DNA of 64,000 nt, taken from the NCBI GenBank assembly GCA_963663385.2, contig CAXXXD010000002.1:576001-640000 (forward strand), written 5' to 3'. Of this stretch, positions 58,801 through 64,000 are shown piece after piece; position 1 is the first letter of the stretch; each line of letters starts with the position of its first letter. The position numbers and the translations under genes are program-made. The stretch comes from Oceanispirochaeta sp. Lineage in GTDB: Bacteria > Spirochaetota > Spirochaetia > DSM-2461. The notes below the pieces were generated by a model. The model did no database searches, had not been told where the DNA came from, and saw only the letters and a list, made by a program, of their open reading frames with translations.

Positions 58801-58983
58801 ATGCTGCCTCTCGCCATCGGTTTGGGAGAGGGGTCCAATATCCTGCAGCCTTTGGGTATAGCGGTTTCGGGAGGTCTGCTTGTTTCGACTCTTTTTGCCC
58901 TATATGCCGTGCCGTCCCTGCTGGTTTTAACTCACAGCAACCGGAAAACCCACCATCATAAAAAACTGGAAGGCAGACAATGA
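55873..58983 (+). CDS. RND efflux transporter (AcrB/CzcA superfamily)
   Basis: 1036 aa; 'NLISLGGLALAVGMIVDSTIVVMENI', 'GVVVNNAI..ID', 'RFQPIIITTLTTIFGMLPLA', 'QPLGIAVSGGL'. Confidence 0.95.
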   Translation: MLPLIFRKSTGFFLLVVLMIISGFIVLFRLPVMMYPQTRRPQVMVQLSHPGISAVDFQEQYAEDIESVLMSLTDLDLLETTYSTDSSRFNLTFNWNVDSDDARTAVENQMVSINASLPDVIKDSYSVRYWQGENAGYMVMGLTSPSTPSEELYYILKNNIEPRLLKIPDVEEIGFYNTRRLIVDIELEQKKMLSYGITINDVNQALQSGFLPQPLGSIDTEEGRLSVRLKRNDRSLEKLSRLEIRQVGDSSITLDDIALLDIRYTLPSRVFLVEGTPAVQLTATPLEGGNVSSMTSDIQEILYQGIENGLIPADTDMALYLDPAKYIQNSIRNVIQAALLGGFLAITVVFLILGEWKNTILIAASLPVTIIISFLFMGIFGVSINLISLGGLALAVGMIVDSTIVVMENIHRHRLESEGAERIVHWKTVVLDAVDQVRSPVIASTLTSVLVFLPISFTAPLTNAILGDQARTVVFALLGSLLVSLTLVPVLAFYAFMGHQKKGQITGRLQRGDEKMFHGLIALYSRSLKWILRRKYRAALFLLSAFGILLFSLFAVLPRIPREIISVPTSDRVVLFFRNSDISDPEVYLKEIIPEMNARIDAVLGDLLLERFTNLSGRFNQTFLDLRSSDDTEEAISRLQNAFVSEGDWYYNVMAWDPAALPLPRSFDFQLSLFGPDAAEKVKLLASIQTLLNEEGIFRRTFTEPSSSIIQQLNLTAREETINSFASLSESGLTSLIRRILSGTSSITLTDGTEDVEVSADYPSELIDSREELEDFLIPWQQHFIPLKHFFNFSSNSGVSQVYSENGEPAFRIYGMAGFQISDSKRLEMQREAEQFLSENLVLPEGYSYTFDNPRVEMDRAIQSLFIALGISIVLIYLLLAFQFNSLWIPMVILVTIPLGFVGVVFSLWLFNSTLNLNSLLGTILLGGVVVNNAIIMIDFYLRSRLEFSDYREALAYAAGIRFQPIIITTLTTIFGMLPLAIGLGEGSNILQPLGIAVSGGLLVSTLFALYAVPSLLVLTHSNRKTHHHKKLEGRQ

Positions 58984-60314
58984 AAAGCAAAATCCTTCTG
59001 ATATTCTCTCTCATTTTTATTACACCGGATCTGTTTTACCCTGCTGACACTTCCGGGGATGATAAGGCGGTGCTTCTGTCTCTGGATCAGGCCTGGGATC
59101 TGATGCTGGAAAGTAACGGGACCCTTCATAAGCTCCATACGGAATGGGGCGCGGCCAGAAGAAAGGCCGGCGCGTATGATCAGTGGATCCCCTCTCTCAG
59201 TGCCGGGGCTTCTCTGAATCGCGCCTCCCCCCTGATCAGCCGCTATACCATGCCTTCCGAATCCGAACAGGTGGAAAGTGATTTCTGGTCTCTCCGGGCT
59301 ACATTGAATATGCAGTTGAAAATTGCTCCGGGACTCTCAATAGAAGAGGAATTGAGACAGCTGAGAGCCGATCTGCTGGATCTGGAAATTGCAAAGACCG
59401 TCAGGTCCTTCCGATATGACCTGACCATCCTCTATTATGAGATCCTGGCGGGAGAGAACCGGATTGCTCTTCAGCAGGAGAGTCTGAATCTGGCAAAAAG
59501 CCGTCTCCGCCAGACGGAACTGCAGTTTGAACAGGGGGTGAAATCGGATCTGGAACTGCTGTCCGCCAGGATCGCCGTGGCAAGGGATATCCCCGCTCTG
59601 CAAAAGGAAGAGGCCAATCAGGAAAAAAGGTATATCACTCTGCGCAATTACCTTGGGCTGGAAGACTCGGCGGTTGTCAAACTTACTCCGGTTTCTTTGA
59701 AGGAGGGGGGGATTCCCGAATCCGAAGCAGTTTTGAGTTCCATTCCCGTCAATCCGGATATGCTTATACTGGAAAACAGGATCCGGCAGGCCGAGCTGCA
59801 GTACCGGCAGTCTGTAAAAGAGGGGCGGGGGCCGTCCCTCGGGATGAGCATGGGCTGGTCTTCCAGTCTGGATCCGGCTTTCGAAAAGGAATCCTGGACC
59901 AGTGAGGAGTGGCGAGATAATCTGAGCCTGGGGCTGTCCCTTACCCTTCCTCTGGACAGTTATATCAGAGGCTCTTCGGACCAGTTGAGTCTGAAGGAGC
60001 TGGAAGAAGATATTGAAGCGGCCCGGATAACCCTGGACGATGCCGGACGGGCTTTAAGGGATGAGGTCCGCACCCTCTACCTGGATATTGAGCTGAGCCG
60101 TTCCAATATCGAAATGAATGAGCTGAATGTCTCTCTGCTGACGCAGAATGCAAATAAAATGGAACAGAATTACAACAACGGGAGAGTCCCTCTCCGGGAC
60201 CTGGATGAAAGCCGTCAGGAACTGAAGGAGGCCCTTCTGGCTCTGGAGGATGAGAAACTGAAGTTGACGACCCTTACGGTGGAACTGCTTACTCTGCTTG
60301 GGCTGGAGTGGTGA
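58980..60314 (+). CDS. TolC-family outer membrane efflux protein
   Basis: Signal peptide, repeated OEP helical pattern ('QFEQGVKSDLELL', 'YNNGRV..RDL'), operon position. Confidence 0.85.
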   Translation: MKSKILLIFSLIFITPDLFYPADTSGDDKAVLLSLDQAWDLMLESNGTLHKLHTEWGAARRKAGAYDQWIPSLSAGASLNRASPLISRYTMPSESEQVESDFWSLRATLNMQLKIAPGLSIEEELRQLRADLLDLEIAKTVRSFRYDLTILYYEILAGENRIALQQESLNLAKSRLRQTELQFEQGVKSDLELLSARIAVARDIPALQKEEANQEKRYITLRNYLGLEDSAVVKLTPVSLKEGGIPESEAVLSSIPVNPDMLILENRIRQAELQYRQSVKEGRGPSLGMSMGWSSSLDPAFEKESWTSEEWRDNLSLGLSLTLPLDSYIRGSSDQLSLKELEEDIEAARITLDDAGRALRDEVRTLYLDIELSRSNIEMNELNVSLLTQNANKMEQNYNNGRVPLRDLDESRQELKEALLALEDEKLKLTTLTVELLTLLGLEW

Positions 60315-60443
60315 AAGAATCACCGGAATCAGTGTTTTGTTTTGTTTGTAGTGCTATGAGGACTGGTGTTATGGGGACGGAGGTTTTATTTCTTTTTTAT
60401 AGAAAAATTGAATTTCTTAGTGAAATCCTCCTGTTAAGTTAAC

Positions 60444-60935
60444 ATGCGTAAACCAAGAGTTCTTATAACGGGGGCCCTATATCATGTAGTGGCAAAAACT
60501 AATCGAGGGGAGTTTATTCTGAATTCCGATGAAGTGAAAGACCTTTTTATGTCTGTTCTGGAATTGGCTCACGAAAAGTATGATTTTAAGATAAAGCATT
60601 TCTGTATAATGAGTAATCATGTTCATCTTCTGATAAAGCCTGGTTTGGATACCAGCCTGTCAGATTTGATGAGGTATGTTTTGAGTGTCTTTGCCGGTAG
60701 ATTTAATAGAATGTTTGGATTGAAGGGACATGTCTGGTATGATAGGTTTAAAAGCATAATCATCCAAAGTTTTAATCAGCTTATAAATACATTCAACTAT
60801 ATTTCCAACAATCCGGTTAAAGCTGGTCTCTGTCTGGATGCCCGAAAATACTTCTATTGTGGATTATATGAACTGAAAAGGAAGCGATTTCGGGTAATGG
60901 AACCACCGGATGAGTGGATGAAACTTGTTCTGTAA
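60444..60935 (+). CDS. REP-associated tyrosine transposase (RAYT) / IS200-like Y1 HUH nuclease
   Basis: 'MRKPR.....LYHV', 'FCIMSNHVHLL' HUH, 'GHVW..RFKS', 'YI..NPVKAG'. Confidence 0.9.
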   Translation: MRKPRVLITGALYHVVAKTNRGEFILNSDEVKDLFMSVLELAHEKYDFKIKHFCIMSNHVHLLIKPGLDTSLSDLMRYVLSVFAGRFNRMFGLKGHVWYDRFKSIIIQSFNQLINTFNYISNNPVKAGLCLDARKYFYCGLYELKRKRFRVMEPPDEWMKLVL

Positions 60936-61211
60936 AATCCTTCTGCTTTTTTTCTCATACATTTTCTGATTAAATAATCTCATTATAAGTATTTGCCAGA
61001 GTACTCTTTTCTTGTTGCTATGAAATACACAAAAACTCTGAGAACTTATTTGATTTATACCATACCAAGTCATAAATCCACAGTCCTTTTAGTGGATATT
61101 AGCCTTTTTGTGTTCATTATTGTTTTACAGTTTTTATATGATGATCTCTTTTAGTGTTTATGAACTGATAGGCAAAAAACAACAGATAAAACCATGAATT
61201 TCATCAAATAT

Positions 61212-61253
61212 TAACCTCCGTCCCTATTGGAGTAACCTCCGTCCCTATTGGAG
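61212..61253. repeat. Perfect 21-bp tandem duplication
   Basis: TAACCTCCGTCCCTATTGGAG at 61212-61232 and 61233-61253. Confidence 0.95.
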
Positions 61254-61425
61254 TGCTATGCGGCAGAGATGAGCTGCATCTGCACGGTCTGTTCTGTCCA
61301 ACCCTGTAATGACAATCCATTTTTCCGGATAAATCAAAAACGCTAACATAAAAATCAATATCTGAAATATCCTCCAGATCAGGGTGCGGGTACAATTAAT
61401 CATCACATTTTCAAAGGATGATACG

Positions 61426-62472
61426 ATGAAAGAAATGACCAGCCTGGAGCGATGCCTGGCCGTATTGAATAATGAGAAGCCAGACAGGGTGCCTGTTGTA
61501 CCCCAAACCTTTATGTTTGCGGCAGAAACAGCCGGATTCCGGATCGGAGATATCAACCGGGACGGGAAAAAGATGGCGGAAAGCCACAGGATCAGTCAGG
61601 ATAAATACGGTTATGACGGCTGCTGTATCGATATCGACGACGCGTCCCTGGCGGAAGCCTGCGGAGCCGTCACTCTTTTTACCAACCCGGACGAGCCGGC
61701 CATTACGGATGAACACAATCCCCTTGTTACCGACCTTAGACAGGTGCCCGATCTGAAACTGCCCGATCCCTGGAAGGACGGGCGTTTGCCGGCCTGGCTG
61801 GAAGCGACCGGTTCGCTTGTTGAGTCCATAGGGGATCATGTCTTTATCATGGGCCGGGCCGATCAGGGGCCCTTTGATCTGCTCTGTCTGCTCAGGGGAA
61901 CGGAAAACCTGATGATGGAACTGGTTACGGAAGAGCCGGAGGTTCTCTGGGCCGCTCTGGACTGGTGCCGGGAAGCCTGCCTTCTTTTTGCCAAAGCCCA
62001 GAAGGATGCCGGAGCTCATGCCACATCCATCGGAGATGCCTACGCCGGGCCTAATCTTATCAGCCCCGATATGTACAGACAGTTCGCCCTGGAGCATGAA
62101 ACGACCCTGGCCCGGCAGGTTCAGGAATACGGAATCCCCTGGAGTCTTCATATCTGCGGCGACACTTCCAATATTATTGACGATATGGCCTCCACCGGTG
62201 CCGCTATTCTGGAGGTGGACTGGCAGGTGGATCTGAGAAAGGCAAAGGATATTGTGGGGAACCGCTGTGTTCTGATGGGCAATGTGGATCCCAGCTACCC
62301 ACTGGTCCACGGGACTCCCGCCGATGTGGATGCGAAAGCAAGAGAGGCGATCGAAATTATGGGTGAAAACAGGTTTTTTCTCTCCAGCGGCTGTGCCATG
62401 GGACGGAAGACTCCTCCGGAAAACATGAAAGCCCTGGTGAATGCTGCTGTAAAGTACGGTCAGTTTGAATAG
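61426..62472 (+). CDS. MtaA/CmuA (uroporphyrinogen decarboxylase superfamily) methyltransferase-like protein
   Basis: 'ER....L..EKPDRVPV', 'QGPFD', 'LISPDMY..FA', Zn ligands 'LHICG' and 'SSGC', 'GNVDP'. Start taken at ATG 61426 after AAGGA. Confidence 0.88.
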   Translation: MKEMTSLERCLAVLNNEKPDRVPVVPQTFMFAAETAGFRIGDINRDGKKMAESHRISQDKYGYDGCCIDIDDASLAEACGAVTLFTNPDEPAITDEHNPLVTDLRQVPDLKLPDPWKDGRLPAWLEATGSLVESIGDHVFIMGRADQGPFDLLCLLRGTENLMMELVTEEPEVLWAALDWCREACLLFAKAQKDAGAHATSIGDAYAGPNLISPDMYRQFALEHETTLARQVQEYGIPWSLHICGDTSNIIDDMASTGAAILEVDWQVDLRKAKDIVGNRCVLMGNVDPSYPLVHGTPADVDAKAREAIEIMGENRFFLSSGCAMGRKTPPENMKALVNAAVKYGQFE

Positions 62473-63359
62473 TACTGCCCGGGAGACAATCCTTCCCTCT
62501 TTCTGAACCAGGTGCTGAAGTGGGAGCTGGATTTAAACCCGCAGGAAAAAGCCGTATCCTGTATGGATGATCCTCTGGCCAGGTGCTCCCTGGCTTCATT
62601 CATACGGCATTTTTCATGATACAGGCGCGGTGATAGACCGAATTTTTTCTTAAATGCCCGGGAGAAGTGTTCACTGGAATAACCGATTCTCCCGGCCAGC
62701 TTTCCAAAATCGATCTTCTCTCTGCAGTGACTGTTCAGATACCGGCAGGCATAATCCAGAGGACTGTCTGTCCCGGCCGGCCGGGGGAGGGACAGTCTGA
62801 CAATACCGGTAAAAATCTCCATCAGTTTCTGATAGATCAGCATTTCGCTGAAATCATCCCTGTGATGCAGTTCATGCTCAATACTCTGAAAAAGCCTGTT
62901 GAAATGAGGGACTTTTCTGAATACACAGTGTTTCTGAATCCGGATTTTACGGCTGATGGAAGAGATCTCCTCATTCATCTGGTGGAGTAATTCAACTCTT
63001 CCGCGCGGCAGATCCTTCTCTCTGTTCAGAAGGCGGCAGGGGGGCGTCATATGATTCTCTGCAAGGATAACATCCTCTCCCGTCTGAAATCCAAGCCAGT
63101 AGAAATCTATATTTTCCTGATTATACTGAAATTTATGGACTTCTCCCGGAGGGATGACCCATAAATCATCCTGTTTCAACGAGAGGTATTCCGAGTTTCC
63201 GAACATTTGTGTTTCCGCTTCACCCCTTGTCACATAGATAAGTTCATAACCATAGTGTCTGTGAGGCCCGAAGTGGTTCTTTTCTACCTGATTCGAATAC
63301 CCGAAATGAGTCAGGCGCGGAAGGGCTTTAAGGGGGAATTCCATCTGTTCCCGAGGCAT
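62460..63359 (-). CDS. AraC-family transcriptional regulator
   Basis: Cupin 'PHRHYGYELIYV..G', C-terminal 'HFSRAFKKKFGLSP', 'CGFKSSSHFS.WF...GLSP'. Confidence 0.93.
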   Translation of the reverse strand: MPREQMEFPLKALPRLTHFGYSNQVEKNHFGPHRHYGYELIYVTRGEAETQMFGNSEYLSLKQDDLWVIPPGEVHKFQYNQENIDFYWLGFQTGEDVILAENHMTPPCRLLNREKDLPRGRVELLHQMNEEISSISRKIRIQKHCVFRKVPHFNRLFQSIEHELHHRDDFSEMLIYQKLMEIFTGIVRLSLPRPAGTDSPLDYACRYLNSHCREKIDFGKLAGRIGYSSEHFSRAFKKKFGLSPRLYHEKCRMNEAREHLARGSSIQDTAFSCGFKSSSHFSTWFRKREGLSPGQYYSN

Positions 63360-63538
63360 CTTTTTACCTCCTGTGGCTTTCAGTTCAGGGGCAGCCGGAA
63401 GAAATCCCCTGTATTAAGCGGGAATTCCCATGTGCCTGATAGCCTCCGGTCCCTCTCCGTTCAGAGCAGGTTATGAAATATGAACCCCGGAAAAAACCGG
63501 GGAGGAGCAGGACGGTCCGGCTGGTAGGAGCCTGCCGA

Positions 63539-64000
63539 TCAGGACGCGGTTTCCGTTTTTTCGGCCAGACTGCTGATCGTGTTTTTTTCATGTACCACAT
63601 TGAGGAGTACCGCTCCGAGAATCAGTCCGCCTCTTACAACATACTGCCAGTATTCATTAATATTCAGCAGGGTCATGCCGTTAACAAGAACTCCCAGAAA
63701 GATGATTCCGATGAATGTTCCCTTGATGGTACCGCTTCCACCGCTCATACTGGTTCCACCTATTACTACAGCGGATATAACATCCAGTTCCCATCCCTTG
63801 GCCGTCGTGGCTGTTCCCGACATAATCTGGGAGGCCACCATAACTCCGCTCAATGCCATGAGCATGGATGTCAGCCCCATAATCATTACCTTGATACGGG
63901 CTACCCGGATGCCGCTGAGACGGGCAGCTTCCATATTTCCTCCGATGGCATATACGGATCGTCCGAAAGTGGTGGAGGTCATGATGAAATTCACCACAAA
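63539..64000 (-). CDS. Sugar ABC transporter permease (RbsC-like), 5' end outside the window
   Basis: 'TTFGRSVYAIGGN.EAARLSGI', 'WELDVISAVVIGGTS..GG.G', 'YWQYVVRG'. Confidence 0.92.
   Translation of the reverse strand, partial: FVVNFIMTSTTFGRSVYAIGGNMEAARLSGIRVARIKVMIMGLTSMLMALSGVMVASQIMSGTATTAKGWELDVISAVVIGGTSMSGGSGTIKGTFIGIIFLGVLVNGMTLLNINEYWQYVVRGGLILGAVLLNVVHEKNTISSLAEKTETAS

Larger units (their letters stand above)
60371..61253 (+). mobile_element. RAYT/Y1-transposase element bounded by inverted 15-bp motifs
   Basis: ATGGGGACGGAGGTT (60371-60385) versus AACCTCCGTCCCTAT (61213-61227 and 61234-61248), 14/15 inverted match; AT-rich interior. Confidence 0.6.

Noticed and set aside
61212..61253. 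Possible CRISPR array
   Set aside because: Only two directly abutting 21-bp copies, with no spacers and no cas genes
61411..62310. 299-aa minus-strand ORF
   Set aside because: Antisense to the MtaA-like gene

Overview
A 64 kb bacterial chromosome segment, probably from a free-living, sugar-fermenting spirochaete. This is an inference from the Spirochaeta/Oceanispirochaeta-style 'VFA-x-G-x-Q-E/D' signal peptides on the solute-binding proteins. The window is mostly catabolic and transport modules. (1) A LacI gene. (2) An opp/dpp ABC operon plus a PepV-like dipeptidase, and a UroD/MtaA-like gene + sugar ABC + cysteine-desulfidase-like operon. These flank a GntR gene and share a 15-bp promoter motif. 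(3) glyA behind a ZMP/ZTP riboswitch, followed by a ChpI/MazF-type toxin-antitoxin pair. (4) A ~12 kb locus with two IbeA-like FAD oxidoreductases, a third related FAD enzyme, BCCT and TRAP transporters, glyoxylate carboligase and IclR. It resembles the core of the E. coli GimA island and ends at a truncated bacterial-microcompartment shell gene. (5) TetR, GH13 glucosidase, MobA and a Gfo/Idh/MocA oxidoreductase. (6) A MINPP-type phytase/LacI/PHP/HAD/ABC/PfkB cluster with three copies of one operator. (7) Signalling genes: a binding protein + diguanylate cyclase pair, a hybrid kinase and a GGDEF pseudogene. (8) A three-gene secreted/lipoprotein peptidase cassette. (9) An RND-TolC efflux operon whose adaptor gene appears frameshifted. 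(10) A RAYT/Y1 transposase bounded by inverted motifs. (11) A second UroD/MtaA-like gene, AraC and a partial sugar permease. No rRNA, tRNA or CRISPR array was seen. All family assignments come from motif recognition by eye; no database searches were run.
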